A DNA stretch of 64,000 bases, from positions 480,001 to 544,000 of the forward strand of contig CAWJQU010000002.1 in the NCBI GenBank assembly GCA_963845145.1. Reading direction: 5' to 3'. Below are positions 40,687 through 51,337 of this stretch, one piece after another. Position 1 is the first letter of the stretch. Each line of letters starts with the position of its first letter. Source of the stretch: an uncultured delta proteobacterium (GTDB lineage: Bacteria > Desulfobacterota > Desulfobacteria > Desulfobacterales > QNYZ01). The notes under the pieces are model-generated. The model had not been told where the DNA came from, made no database searches, and worked only from the letters and a program-made list of their open reading frames with translations. The position numbers and the translations under genes were made by a program.

Positions 40687-41700
40687 GTGTCCACGGAACA
40701 AATGCGCCAAGAGAGAATCGACCGGGGGATAAAGGTACGTTCAGACGGATTGTATGCGCTAATGTCCTGGCGGGAGTTGTCCTACCTGCTAACGCCCCGA
40801 ACACTTTTAATCATCGGGATGTTGAGCCTGCCCATCATGATGCCGGGAGCTTACTGGCAACGGGTGGCTTCCATTGTCTGTATTTATGCGCTTCTCGCTA
40901 TTGGATTTGACTTTCTGGCCAATTACGTGGGGCTTGTCTCTTTGGGCGGCGCCTTTTTCATTGGGGTGGGGGGGTATATGTCCGCCATTTTTAACACCTA
41001 TTTCGGAATACCACCGCTTCTCGCCATCCCCATGGCCACCTTTGCCGGTGGTGTGCTGAGCACACTGCTCCTCTGGCCCTGCCTTCCATTACGAGGCGTC
41101 TATTTTGCCATTGTAACGTTGATGTACCCTTTGTTCGCCGCTCGGGTTATCGAGGCTTTCGATATCTTTGGCGGAACCGATGGGATTATGGGGCTCGACA
41201 GTATTCCCAATCCCGTTTTGGAGCAATACTTCATCATCGGTATGACCTTAATCGTTCTTTTCGCCATGCGTCGACTTGTCAACACCGATCTGGGCCTCAT
41301 CTTTCGGGCGGTAAAGGACAATGACCAGGCCGTCCGGGCATCGGGTATGAACGTCACCTACTATAAGGCCCTGGCCGTATTTATCGCATCGCTGATGGGA
41401 TGTTTCTCCGGGGCCTGTCTGGCCCATATCTATATGTGGTCCGGCATTTCCCAGTTTGCTTTGGATTTCTCAATCCTGCCTATTGCCGCGACGGTCATCG
41501 GCGGCAGCGGCACCCTTGCCGGGCCGCTTATCGGCTGTCTGATCCTGGTCCCGGCCTCTGAACTACTGCGGGATTTCGGCACCTTGCGAATCGCCTTTTA
41601 TTCCTTGATTTTGGTGGGATTTATCATTTTTCGCAGCGACGGTATTATGAGTTTTGGGCAAAGAAAATACGAACAATTTGAAAGGTGGACAAAGATATGA
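40687..41700 (+). CDS. ABC permease, LivM family
   Basis: GTG start at 40687; GLVSLGGAFFIGVGGY, LRGVYFAIVTL, RAVKDNDQAVRASG. Confidence 0.9.
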   Translation: MSTEQMRQERIDRGIKVRSDGLYALMSWRELSYLLTPRTLLIIGMLSLPIMMPGAYWQRVASIVCIYALLAIGFDFLANYVGLVSLGGAFFIGVGGYMSAIFNTYFGIPPLLAIPMATFAGGVLSTLLLWPCLPLRGVYFAIVTLMYPLFAARVIEAFDIFGGTDGIMGLDSIPNPVLEQYFIIGMTLIVLFAMRRLVNTDLGLIFRAVKDNDQAVRASGMNVTYYKALAVFIASLMGCFSGACLAHIYMWSGISQFALDFSILPIAATVIGGSGTLAGPLIGCLILVPASELLRDFGTLRIAFYSLILVGFIIFRSDGIMSFGQRKYEQFERWTKI

Positions 41701-42492
41701 CCGAAACCGGCACTCCTATTCTTGAGGTCAAAGAGGTCACCAAAACCTTCGGTGGCATCATTGCCCTCAACAAGGTCAGCTTTCATGTCAATCCCGGCGA
41801 GATTTTAGGTATCATCGGCCCCAATGGGTCCGGCAAAACCACGGTTGTCAATTGCATCACCGGATTTATAAAAAACACCGCCGGTGAGGTCTACTTTAAA
41901 AGGCCGCTCTATTTCCGGTAAACCCCCGCATAAAATTGCCGACCTGGGAATCACCCGCACCTTTCAGATCATGCGCCCCTACTATAGCCTGCCTGCGTAT
42001 AAAAATCTGGTCATCCCCCTTTACTCGCCTCGTGCCAGAAGAACCGGCGGCTGGCGAGGGGGCGGCAAACTCGGAGATCGCCACACGGTGGGAATCGATA
42101 TTTTAGAAGAGATCGGTTTCGAACGGGATTCCTACGTTCCTTATAAAATCACCGGCACCCTGCCCACCGGTTATCTCAAGCGCCTGGAATTGGCCCGCTG
42201 CCTGGCCTTGAAACCTGAAGTTATTATTTGTGATGAAGTATTTTCGGGTCTTAGCATGAGTGAAATCGCCAGTATGGTGCCGCTCATCGAACGTTTGAAA
42301 ATGGAAGGGATTACTTTGGTGATGATTGAACACCGGTTGCGTGAGCTGTTCCAGGTGGCAGACCGCATCATGGTACTTAATTTCGGGGAGAAACTGATTG
42401 AAGGGACCGCAGAGAAAGTCATGGCTGATGAACGGGTTAAAGAAGCCTATTTCGGTTCCGAACAGGTGGAGGAGGTGATGAAGCATGCTTGA
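41697..42492 (+). CDS. ABC ATP-binding protein, LivG family, one frameshift near 41897
   Basis: GPNGSGKTT in first ORF and KRLELARCLA...CDE...IEH in second; removing one A from TTTAAAAGGC gives YFKGRSISG. Confidence 0.9.
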
Positions 42493-43231
42493 GGCAACCG
42501 GATTGATGGTATTTTACGAAAATATGCTGGCCTTAAACAACATCAGCATGGCCTGCGCCGCGGATCAAATCGTCGGAATATTCGGGGCCAACAGTGCCGG
42601 CAAATCTACCCTCATGTATGCCCTGTCCGGCATCATTTTGGATATTAAAAAAAAAGAGCAGATGGCCGGCGGCGAACGTATCACCGTTGCCGGGGATGTA
42701 ACCTTCATGGGAGAGCCCATCACCAATGTGAAACCCAGTAAGCGTGCCAGGAAGGGCCTTATTTTATGCCCGGAAAGACGTCGAATTTTTAAGGAAAGTA
42801 CGGTCCTGGAAAACTTGAAAATTGGCGGATATCTCGCCACGCCTGCTCAGGCCAAAGACACCCTGGATTACGTCTTCACCATTTTTCCGGCCATCAAAAA
42901 ACTGGCAAAACGTACCGGCGGTTTCTTAAGCGGGGGGGAGCAGCAGATGCTGGCCATCGGCCGTGCCCTTATGGCACAACCCAAGATATTGCTGTTGGAC
43001 GAGCCCCTGCTCGGTTTAAGTCCCCTCATGCAGTCCACTCTGATTCACGCCACACGTGACATCCGGGATCAGAAGAAGATATCGATTATTGTGACGGAAC
43101 AATATGCCCGACCGGTCTTGCCCATCGTCGATTACGCCTACATTCTTGAAAACGGTTCGGCGGTTTTGGAAGGGACGAAAGCCGATCTCCTGGACAACCC
43201 CGATGTTCGTTCAGCCTACTTTGGCATTTAG
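42485..43231 (+). CDS. ABC ATP-binding protein, LivF family
   Basis: GANSAGKST, CPERRRIF, LSGGEQQML, LLLDEP, VRSAYFG. Confidence 0.92.
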   Translation: MLEATGLMVFYENMLALNNISMACAADQIVGIFGANSAGKSTLMYALSGIILDIKKKEQMAGGERITVAGDVTFMGEPITNVKPSKRARKGLILCPERRRIFKESTVLENLKIGGYLATPAQAKDTLDYVFTIFPAIKKLAKRTGGFLSGGEQQMLAIGRALMAQPKILLLDEPLLGLSPLMQSTLIHATRDIRDQKKISIIVTEQYARPVLPIVDYAYILENGSAVLEGTKADLLDNPDVRSAYFGI

Positions 43232-43308
43232 GAAATGGTGACTCGCCAATGTTGGGCATAACCCGCGAACATTCAATTAAAGCACAACCGTAAGGAATAA
43301 AGAAAACA

Positions 43309-44964
43309 ATGCCTCCAGAAATGAACACGCTTGAAAACGAGTTGATTCATACCCGCTTTGATGCCATGAGCGAGAAATACCCTAATCGTGCGGCTGTCAT
43401 CTATCTGGGCACCCGCTATTCTTATGCCCGTCTACGCATTATGAGTGAACGGTTCGCCGGCGCATTAACCCGAATGGGTGTGCAAAAAGGGGATCGCGTC
43501 ATGATTTATATCAACAACTCGATCCAGTGGGTCATCGCGTTTATCGGCATTCAAAAAATCGGCGCCGTGCTTGTCCCCGTGGCGCCCATTTATACCTCCC
43601 ATGAAATTGAATATATGGTCAAGGACTCCGGCGCTGAAACCATTATCTGCATGGACACCAACTTTGGTTATGTGCAGGAAATTTTTGAAAATTCCGGATT
43701 AAAACGTGCCATCGTCACCAATCTGGCCGACTTGTTGCCCTGGTGGAAAAGAGTGCTCGGATTCATGTTTGACAAGGTGCCCAAAGGTCGGGTCGTAAAA
43801 CGCCCCTGGCTGTATCAGTTTAAAGCCATGGTAAAGGGGAAGCCGGTCACGACCTATCCCTCCATTGACCCTCGGACCGATCTGGCCTATATCCTCTACA
43901 CCGGCGGTACCACCGGTTTTCCCAAGGGCGTACCGGGAAACCATATGGGTATGACCTCATATGTCAACGATGTCAGCGAGGATGTAGCCGGCGATTACTT
44001 AAAGGAAGGCGAAGACTGCTACATCGCCGTCAACCCACTGTTTCATATCATGGCCTTGGGACTTTTTATGTCCATCGGACTAAACAAGGGCAACACCACC
44101 ATCCTCATGCCCAAACCCCAGGTAGATGCTATCCTCGAATCCATTGGCCGTTACAAGGTAAGGTGGATGTTGGGGGTTCCCGCCCTATACCGCATGATAT
44201 TAGAAAATGATCGTATCGACCGCTACAATATAGATTCACTAAAATATTGCTATTGCGGGGGTGATGTCCTTCCCGAGGAAGTAAAGATTCGCTGGAAAGA
44301 AAGATGCCATACGCCTATTTACCAGGTTTACGGTTCCACGGAGGTGGGACACGTTACTTACAGCCCCATTGGAAAAGAACCCCGCCCGCGATCCATCGGG
44401 CACGTTCTAAAAAGCCGCCGGGTACAAATCATGGATGCGGAAAAACTCACGCCTGTTAAAGGCGGTGAAAGTGGGGAGCTTTGGGTGACCTCGCCCTATT
44501 CGCTAAAGGAGTACTACCAGAAACCTGAAGAAACCAAAGCAACGTTTGTTGAATACGACGGCAAAATTTATTGTCGCATGGGCGATTTCGTCATTGAGCA
44601 CGATGACGGCGAAATCGTATATGTGGAACGCTCGGCCGACATCATCAAACATAAGGGATTCCGGGTCTCCGCTTCGGAAGTTGAGGCCGCATTGCAGGAT
44701 CACCCCACAGTTATCGGGGCATGTGTGATTGGAATTCCGGATGAACGGGTGGGTGAGCGCATTAAAGCGATTGTGGTACTGAAAGAGGATGCCAGAGGTG
44801 TCGGTGGCGCCGAACTGAGCAAATGGTGTAGCGACCGCTTGGCGGCTTATAAAGTGCCGGCGTACATTGAATTCCGGGATATGCTTCCCAAATCCAAGGT
44901 GGGCAAACTGCTTCGCCGTGAGGTGCGCGATGATGAAAAAAGACGTATGGCTAAAAAAGAATAG
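43309..44964 (+). CDS. Acyl-CoA ligase (AMP-binding, class I adenylate-forming)
   Basis: YTGGTTGFPKG, YGSTE, RMGD, LPKSKVGKLLRR. Confidence 0.93.
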   Translation: MPPEMNTLENELIHTRFDAMSEKYPNRAAVIYLGTRYSYARLRIMSERFAGALTRMGVQKGDRVMIYINNSIQWVIAFIGIQKIGAVLVPVAPIYTSHEIEYMVKDSGAETIICMDTNFGYVQEIFENSGLKRAIVTNLADLLPWWKRVLGFMFDKVPKGRVVKRPWLYQFKAMVKGKPVTTYPSIDPRTDLAYILYTGGTTGFPKGVPGNHMGMTSYVNDVSEDVAGDYLKEGEDCYIAVNPLFHIMALGLFMSIGLNKGNTTILMPKPQVDAILESIGRYKVRWMLGVPALYRMILENDRIDRYNIDSLKYCYCGGDVLPEEVKIRWKERCHTPIYQVYGSTEVGHVTYSPIGKEPRPRSIGHVLKSRRVQIMDAEKLTPVKGGESGELWVTSPYSLKEYYQKPEETKATFVEYDGKIYCRMGDFVIEHDDGEIVYVERSADIIKHKGFRVSASEVEAALQDHPTVIGACVIGIPDERVGERIKAIVVLKEDARGVGGAELSKWCSDRLAAYKVPAYIEFRDMLPKSKVGKLLRREVRDDEKRRMAKKE

Positions 44965-45009
44965 GAGTGTCCCCAATATGTGCGGCATAGGTGATAATGG
45001 GAGAACCCC

Positions 45010-45528
45010 ATGAAAGAGAATACGCTTGAAAATAGACGAATATTGGCCGTGGATGACGAACCGGATGTTCTTGAAACCCTGGAAGACCTTTTAACGGGCA
45101 TCAAGGGTCTGACGTTCGATACCGCCACCGACTATGAAGGCGGTTTCCACCTGATTCGCTCATGGACCTATGACGCCGTTATCCTCGACATCATGGGGGT
45201 CCGTGGATTCGACCTCCTCAGCACGTCGGTTCAACGCGGATTTCCAACCATCATGCTTACCGCCCATTCACTCTCGCCGGAAAGCCTGAAAAAATCCATT
45301 CAACTTGGCGCCAAAGCATACTTGCCCAAGGAAAGAATGGACGATATTCCTGAATTTTTAGAAGATGTTATCGGGATGGACCGCAAAAAAGCCCTTGGTC
45401 GAATGATGACCCGTCTTGGGCCTTTTTTCTCCAAACGCTTTGGTGGTGATTGGCGGGAGAGTGAAAAGTCCTTCTGGAAAAAAGTAGAAAGCGGCGAATA
45501 CGATAAGGGGCCGGTTATACTGGCCTAA
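45010..45528 (+). CDS. Single-domain response regulator with C-terminal extension
   Basis: ILAVDDEPD, ILDIMG, MLTAH, YLPK. Confidence 0.88.
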   Translation: MKENTLENRRILAVDDEPDVLETLEDLLTGIKGLTFDTATDYEGGFHLIRSWTYDAVILDIMGVRGFDLLSTSVQRGFPTIMLTAHSLSPESLKKSIQLGAKAYLPKERMDDIPEFLEDVIGMDRKKALGRMMTRLGPFFSKRFGGDWRESEKSFWKKVESGEYDKGPVILA

Positions 45529-45609
45529 ACCCAACGATGCAAATTCATTTCCGCCTTCCAAGGGTATACCCTGAGGATACTTAACCTGATCCTAAAAGGA
45601 GGACCCACC

Positions 45610-46179
45610 ATGCGTATTCATGTCCGTTTGGCACCGACCCTTTTAAAGATCGTGTTTGGTCTTATCCTCTCTTCTTTAGTCGCCTGTGGGGGCGGCCAGG
45701 TGCAAAAGGAAGAGGCGCCGCAACCACCTTTGTCAAAAAAGTATCAGCGTATTGTTCTGATGGATTACCAAGGCACCCCGGAAGTCGTAAAAGATTATTT
45801 CAAGTCCCTGGAAAAATGCCGGACCAGCACCATAAATGCTCTGCAGGCAGCAGGTTCTTTTAAAAGGGTCGGCAGATTTTATGCAACGACGGACTACGAT
45901 GAAAATGATCTCCTGGTTAAGGCTACCGTTACACAAATGCGTATCGTCGGTGTCGCGGCCCGTGTTTGGGGGGGCGCTTTTGCCGGCCGCTCCTATATGA
46001 ACTTGGATGTCAGGCTCATAGACGGTGCTACCCGCGAAGAGATTCGTTCCAAACTATTTTACAGTTCGAACAACCCCTTTGCCGCCTCTTGGGTCGGGGG
46101 AATCAGCGACCGTTCCCTCCCGGCCGACATGGGAAAAATGATGGCCGCGTATCTTGTCTCCGTCACGCCTAAGCCTTAG
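45610..46179 (+). CDS. Lipoprotein, DUF4410-like
   Basis: Lipobox LVAC; ARVWGGAFAGRSYMNLDVRLIDGAT. Confidence 0.7.
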   Translation: MRIHVRLAPTLLKIVFGLILSSLVACGGGQVQKEEAPQPPLSKKYQRIVLMDYQGTPEVVKDYFKSLEKCRTSTINALQAAGSFKRVGRFYATTDYDENDLLVKATVTQMRIVGVAARVWGGAFAGRSYMNLDVRLIDGATREEIRSKLFYSSNNPFAASWVGGISDRSLPADMGKMMAAYLVSVTPKP

Positions 46180-46300
46180 TGGAAGATTCTTTGAACAAAC
46201 TCAATATCTGGTATAATGAGCATATTAGAACGACTCTAAAGAATACTAAATCGCATTGTTAACGACTCATGGTCTAATTATATTCTGATTAGGAGAAAAA

Positions 46301-47059
46301 TCATTGAATTAGTAATTGGTGAACCAGCTTTGCGCACAGGGCAAACAGCATCAGACTGAAAATGATTCGGATTGTTTTTCCTTTCATGTGCGCACTCATG
46401 ATTCTTGCCCCTGCCTGTCCACCGGCAAAAGATGCCACAGCGGCAGGAAGGATGAATCGCCAATTAATTTGTTCCACGGCAGCGTAGCCCAAAAAACCTG
46501 TCAAGGAAGAGAAACACACAATAAAAGTCGAAGAGGCCGCTGCGATTTTTGTGGGGGTTTTTAGTATGTATATCAGAAGGGGAACAACAAAAACGCCACC
46601 GCCGATACCAAGAAAACCACCCATTAAGCCAATGCATACTCCAATCCCAAGTCCGCCGATGATTCTTTTTAAAGGACCGACACTGACACCATTTGCTTGT
46701 TTTGGAGGAGTCATAAGCATTCGACACCCTGCTAAGGCCAGAACGATCGACATGATGACCATGAACGGTGTCGTATCAACCCGTGAATTTAAATAGGAAC
46801 CTATGGGTGCAGCAAGCCCAGAGGACACTATCAAAGGTATTGCAAGTGAAAAATTCACCATCTTTTTTTGTGAATACGTATATGCGGCAGACGCAGCAGC
46901 AATAAAATTAAGAAACAGTGAGGCCGATGCAGCATCGACCTTAGCAAAACCGAGGATCACAAAAAGAGGAGAAAAGATAAGCCCTCCCCCAAGACCAACC
47001 ATTGTCAGCACCAACGCTATCAAAAATATACCAAGAATAAGAATAACTGATGGGGTCAT
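46301..47059 (-). CDS. Sulfite exporter TauE/SafE family membrane protein
   Basis: Duplicated GLGGGLIFSP / GIGGGVFVVP motifs; about 8 TMs. Confidence 0.9.
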   Translation of the reverse strand: MTPSVILILGIFLIALVLTMVGLGGGLIFSPLFVILGFAKVDAASASLFLNFIAAASAAYTYSQKKMVNFSLAIPLIVSSGLAAPIGSYLNSRVDTTPFMVIMSIVLALAGCRMLMTPPKQANGVSVGPLKRIIGGLGIGVCIGLMGGFLGIGGGVFVVPLLIYILKTPTKIAAASSTFIVCFSSLTGFLGYAAVEQINWRFILPAAVASFAGGQAGARIMSAHMKGKTIRIIFSLMLFALCAKLVHQLLIQ

Positions 47060-47466
47060 AAGTCACTCTCTTACGATTTCTCTGACTGTAAAGGGGCCTC
47101 TTGATTTCGAAAAAAATAAGGCGGATTTTTTGTATAGCCGTTCACCTTTCCGCCCTTAATGCTTTGATACATTGGGATCTTATTAACATTCGGAATTATA
47201 AAATTTTATGCCGATATGCTTTGGTCATCCCCGGGGTAACACGAAAACCGCGATCAATACAAGATTTGGCCGGTTGTTATTATTTTCGCGATATAATGGC
47301 ACCCTTCTTTGCTGGCCACGTCAGCAAAAAACGTGTACTTATTTCGGGTTTCTGATTCACCTATGAACGCGGCTTTTAAATTTTCTTGGGCCTTACTCAA
47401 TATAACTCTCCTTTTATCGATTTTTATCGCCTAAATAAGCTTTGTATCGGGCAACCGCGGAACCGA

Positions 47467-48231
47467 TTATTCAATTGTCTGAGTGGCCGATTCCAGATGG
47501 TCTACAATTTGTTCGGGAGTGAGAACACAACCTGTGGATATGATCTTGTCATTGATGATCAATGCAGGCGTAACAGCAACTCCCATTTTTTGAAAATAGC
47601 CGATATCGGTTCTTTTCTTTATCGAACATCTTTCTGCGCCACCAAAACCCTCAACTGCACTCATAACATTTTCATACAGAGTGTCACATTTTTTACAGCC
47701 GGGTCCCAGCACTTCGATTACGGTTTCTATATGCGGTCGATTCTCTTGACGGATATGCGAATACGCCGCTTCGATCCAGTTTCGTGTTTGACCGGCATCG
47801 GGAACACATCCCTGGTGGACGGGTTCACCATTTATTACAAGCACTGGCGTCATCATAATACCAGCCTCCAGAGCTTGAACCTCGCACGGTCGCAATGCTT
47901 CGTCCAATTCCGGCGTCCATTTGGCGGCAGCCGAAGTGCAGCATTGGGGCTGTCCGGAACTGGATTCAGTCAAACCTGCTTTATCGATCATCTTATAAAT
48001 TGCCGGCCAGCCCATCGTAATTCCCAATATTTTAGCCACATCTTTTGCGGTCCCAGGGACAAGTCCCTCCACTTTGGCAAGTTGGTATGCCTCATTGCTG
48101 GTATACCCAACGTGCCTGACGGACACCGGTAAATGAAGATCGTTGACGATGTCCACAACCATTTGATTCAAATAGTCACACCGTGGACATGGCGGATCAG
48201 TCCCTATGATCCATATTTCTTCTGCTGACAT
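47467..48231 (-). CDS. Tandem small thioredoxin-like (Thioredoxin_3/MTH895-like) protein
   Basis: PPCPRC...GIMMTPVLVING and LGPGCKKC...GVAVTPALIIND. Confidence 0.82.
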   Translation of the reverse strand: MSAEEIWIIGTDPPCPRCDYLNQMVVDIVNDLHLPVSVRHVGYTSNEAYQLAKVEGLVPGTAKDVAKILGITMGWPAIYKMIDKAGLTESSSGQPQCCTSAAAKWTPELDEALRPCEVQALEAGIMMTPVLVINGEPVHQGCVPDAGQTRNWIEAAYSHIRQENRPHIETVIEVLGPGCKKCDTLYENVMSAVEGFGGAERCSIKKRTDIGYFQKMGVAVTPALIINDKIISTGCVLTPEQIVDHLESATQTIE

Positions 48232-48434
48232 AAATACTCCTTTTACTTGACCTATCATAAAAGTGATATTTTGCTAACTTGATTGAAAAATAATTATAAA
48301 GTCACCGGCGATATTAACAACAGGTATTTGAAAAATAACAAAATCTCAAGAATAAACCATTTTTGCATTCACACATCCAGTGCCCCACTTTATGGTATTC
48401 CGGAGATGATAGTTCCCGTGTAAATCCAAAGTGG

Positions 48435-49982
48435 TTACGCGCTTGAATCATTTAGACCGAAATCAACCCCTTGCGCCAATACCGTCTCTCGGCCCCAGTT
48501 AATTGTATTGGTCTGTCTGCGCATATAGGCTTTCCAGGAATCGGAGCCGCTTTCCCTTCCGCCACCGGTATCTTTTTCACCACCAAAAGCCCCCCCGATT
48601 TCGGCACCACTGGTTCCAATGTTGACATTGGCGATGCCACAATCACTACCAGCATGGCCGAGAAATGCTTCGCTTTCATTTAATGAATCGGTAAAAATAG
48701 CCGACGATAGCCCCTGGGGGACATTGTTATGGATGGCCAGGGCCTCAGGAAATGAATCGTAGGAAATAATATAAAGCAAAGGCGCAAAAGTCTCCTCCTG
48801 GACCGTGTGGTATTCATTTTTAACTTCCATGATGGTCGGCGTCATATAAAAGCCTTTTTCAAGCCCGGCGGGGTATAGCCGCTCTCCACCGTAAAGAAGC
48901 CGACCACCTTCTTTTTTGGCACGCTCAATGGCTCGGTTCATATTATCGATGGCTGCCCCATCTAGCACCGGTCCCATCAATGTGTCTGCTTCGCGTGGAT
49001 CCCCAATCCGAATTTGGTCGTAAGCGGATACCAAGGCGGAAACAAAACGATCCTTTATCGATTGGTGAACAATGATTCGACGGGTGGATGTGCACCGCTG
49101 CCCGGCTGTCCCGACAGCTCCGAAAAGAGCGGCATTTAAGGCCATGGGAAGGTCAGCCTTGGGGGTGACAATGATGGCATTATTGCCGCCGAGTTCAAGG
49201 AGTGACCGACCCAACCGTTTTGCTACGGATTCACCGACATGACGACCCATGTTAGTGCTCCCCGTGGCGCTCACCAGCGGAATGCGACGATCGCTGATCA
49301 AGGCCTCACCAATGTCGCTCCCTTTTCCGATCACCAGGTTAAACACCCCGTCTATGCCATGTTTATCGACAATTGGGGCAATGATGTTCTGGACGGCAAT
49401 GGCGGTCAAAGGTGTTTTAGAACTAGGCTTCCATATCACCACATCGCCACAAATGGCTGCGATGAGCGCATTCCAACTCCAAACCGCCACCGGGAAGTTA
49501 AACGCCGTCACCACGCCCACAATCCCTAATGGATGCCACTGCTCGTACATCCGGTGATGTGGCCTCTCACTATGCATGGTCAGACCGTACAACTGCCGGG
49601 ATAATCCCACAGAAAAATCGGCAATGTCGATCATCTCCTGGACTTCGCCATACCCTTCTCCAATAGGTTTTCCCATTTCCAGCGTAACCAATCGGCCTAA
49701 AGGCTCTTTGTACTTCCTCAAGGCTTCACCGATCTCACGAACAATCTGTCCACGTTGGGGAGCCGGGACCATTCGCCATTTTTCAAAAGCCGTTTGGGCC
49801 TTGTTGATCACCACCGCATAATCGTCGGTCGTGGCCTGAATCACTTCGGCAATAGGCTTTCCGTCAATGGGAGAAACCGATACGAGGGATTCACCGGCTG
49901 TCTGCACCCACCCACCGCGGGCACCTGTGGTCGCACCATCATTTTTTGATTTGATCCCCAATTGATTCAATAATTCGTTCAT
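48435..49982 (-). CDS. Aldehyde dehydrogenase family 7 (alpha-aminoadipate semialdehyde / piperideine-6-carboxylate dehydrogenase-like)
   Basis: TAFNFPVAVW, LELGGNNA, GTAGQRCT, GAEIGGAFGGEKDTGGGRESGSDSWKAYMRR. Confidence 0.93.
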   Translation of the reverse strand: MNELLNQLGIKSKNDGATTGARGGWVQTAGESLVSVSPIDGKPIAEVIQATTDDYAVVINKAQTAFEKWRMVPAPQRGQIVREIGEALRKYKEPLGRLVTLEMGKPIGEGYGEVQEMIDIADFSVGLSRQLYGLTMHSERPHHRMYEQWHPLGIVGVVTAFNFPVAVWSWNALIAAICGDVVIWKPSSKTPLTAIAVQNIIAPIVDKHGIDGVFNLVIGKGSDIGEALISDRRIPLVSATGSTNMGRHVGESVAKRLGRSLLELGGNNAIIVTPKADLPMALNAALFGAVGTAGQRCTSTRRIIVHQSIKDRFVSALVSAYDQIRIGDPREADTLMGPVLDGAAIDNMNRAIERAKKEGGRLLYGGERLYPAGLEKGFYMTPTIMEVKNEYHTVQEETFAPLLYIISYDSFPEALAIHNNVPQGLSSAIFTDSLNESEAFLGHAGSDCGIANVNIGTSGAEIGGAFGGEKDTGGGRESGSDSWKAYMRRQTNTINWGRETVLAQGVDFGLNDSSA

Positions 49983-50104
49983 GGCTTTCTCCAAAAGAAC
50001 AGGGTTGATGATCATGCAGTAGCGTCCGAAACAGTCCGCACGGCATGTTCGAAAGTGATTTTTCCTCTTATTGCAATATAAGCATAGACAAGATAAAAGT
50101 ATAA

Positions 50105-50131
50105 TTCATAATTATAATGCTCTTTATGAAT
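50105..50131. promoter_or_regulatory. Inverted repeat, probable LysR operator between divergent genes
   Basis: TTCATAA...TTATGAA dyad in an AT-rich divergent promoter region. Confidence 0.5.
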
Positions 50132-50154
50132 ATCATTCATTTATATGGAGATTT

Positions 50155-51057
50155 ATGGATCTGTACCAGCTTAGAATATTTTTCACGCTCTGCAAGGTGC
50201 AGAGCTATACCAAAGCCGCCCAAGCCTTGCATGTGACCCAGTCGGCAGTCAGCCATGCCATTCGAAAGCTGCAAGCATCCGTCGAAACACCGCTGATTCA
50301 TAAAAAGGGCAAGCAGTTTGAGTTAACATCCGCCGGACGGGATATGTACCGGTCTTGTGAGCTGATTTTCTACGAAATAGATAAGGTCGAGGAAAGCTTG
50401 AAGCGATACTCTCAAAATCAGGCGTGGCATATCTGCTTAGGAAGCCCTGTGGAATTCGGCACGACGATTCTTTTACGCCATATTCAAGAGTTCTTGCAGG
50501 CCGAGCCCCGCATCCACCTTGATTTTCTATTTTCGAATAGCCTGAGAGAGCCTCTGGTTAGAGATGAAGTAGATTTTATCATTGATTGCCGCGACCATTT
50601 CCTGCCGAATACGGAAGCCATTTTTCTTTTCCGGGAGCAGTATGTGGCCATCTGTTCCCCAGACTATTTAAAAGAATGTGTTTTAAGAAGTATCCGGGAC
50701 CTGAAAGAAGCCACGATCCTCTCCATGGATAAAGATGCCGTTTGGTGGAAAAATTTTCAAACCACCCTGCCCCCCGATTCACGAATTATCTTTAAACACG
50801 TCGTCCGGATCAACCATGTCCGCGGGATTATCAACGGCGCCATCCATGGCCTCGGCGTGGGCTTTGTCCCCAAATATACGGTCATCCGTGAATTAAACGA
50901 AAAGATCCTCGTCAACCCGTTTCCGGAAATCAAGCCAGCCGCGGACCATTTCAACATATTCATTAAAACGCCAAAACTAAAACTCGAAAAAAATAGAGCC
51001 CTCATCGACTTTTTAACCCACATAGAACCGGTGGAGTTTGGTTCCGAGACAGGGTAA
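50155..51057 (+). CDS. LysR family transcriptional regulator
   Basis: MDLYQLRIF...SYTKAAQALHVTQSAVSHAIRKL; 300 aa; divergent from ALDH. Confidence 0.94.
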   Translation: MDLYQLRIFFTLCKVQSYTKAAQALHVTQSAVSHAIRKLQASVETPLIHKKGKQFELTSAGRDMYRSCELIFYEIDKVEESLKRYSQNQAWHICLGSPVEFGTTILLRHIQEFLQAEPRIHLDFLFSNSLREPLVRDEVDFIIDCRDHFLPNTEAIFLFREQYVAICSPDYLKECVLRSIRDLKEATILSMDKDAVWWKNFQTTLPPDSRIIFKHVVRINHVRGIINGAIHGLGVGFVPKYTVIRELNEKILVNPFPEIKPAADHFNIFIKTPKLKLEKNRALIDFLTHIEPVEFGSETG

Positions 51058-51337
51058 AAAACCGGAATAGTGTTTACTATCCCCCTTTATCGGGCTACAG
51101 CGCCTTTTCCTTGCCCTTGAGTGCCCCAAATCCTCCATATAGGCATTCCATCCCCTCCATTTGGCCGTTCGTCCCAAACGACTCGCAATGAACATACATA
51201 TCAGGAACTCTCTTCCAAAAGAGATGCCAATGGGATGACTATTTCATATTAGCTCTGGATAAATCCATTAGGCGGTGCCAGAACATTTGAGAAAATCATG
51301 GCAGATTGGACCAAAAACAAATTTAAAAAAGGAGGAA

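Noticed and set aside
14505..41900. Isolated frameshifts (14505, 16781, 26213, 41897) as programmed frameshifting or pseudogenes
   Set aside because: Each is one extra base in a 3-4 nt homopolymer of an otherwise intact gene; consensus error is simpler
47386..48132. 248-aa plus-strand ORF
   Set aside because: Antisense shadow of the thioredoxin-like gene with no motifs
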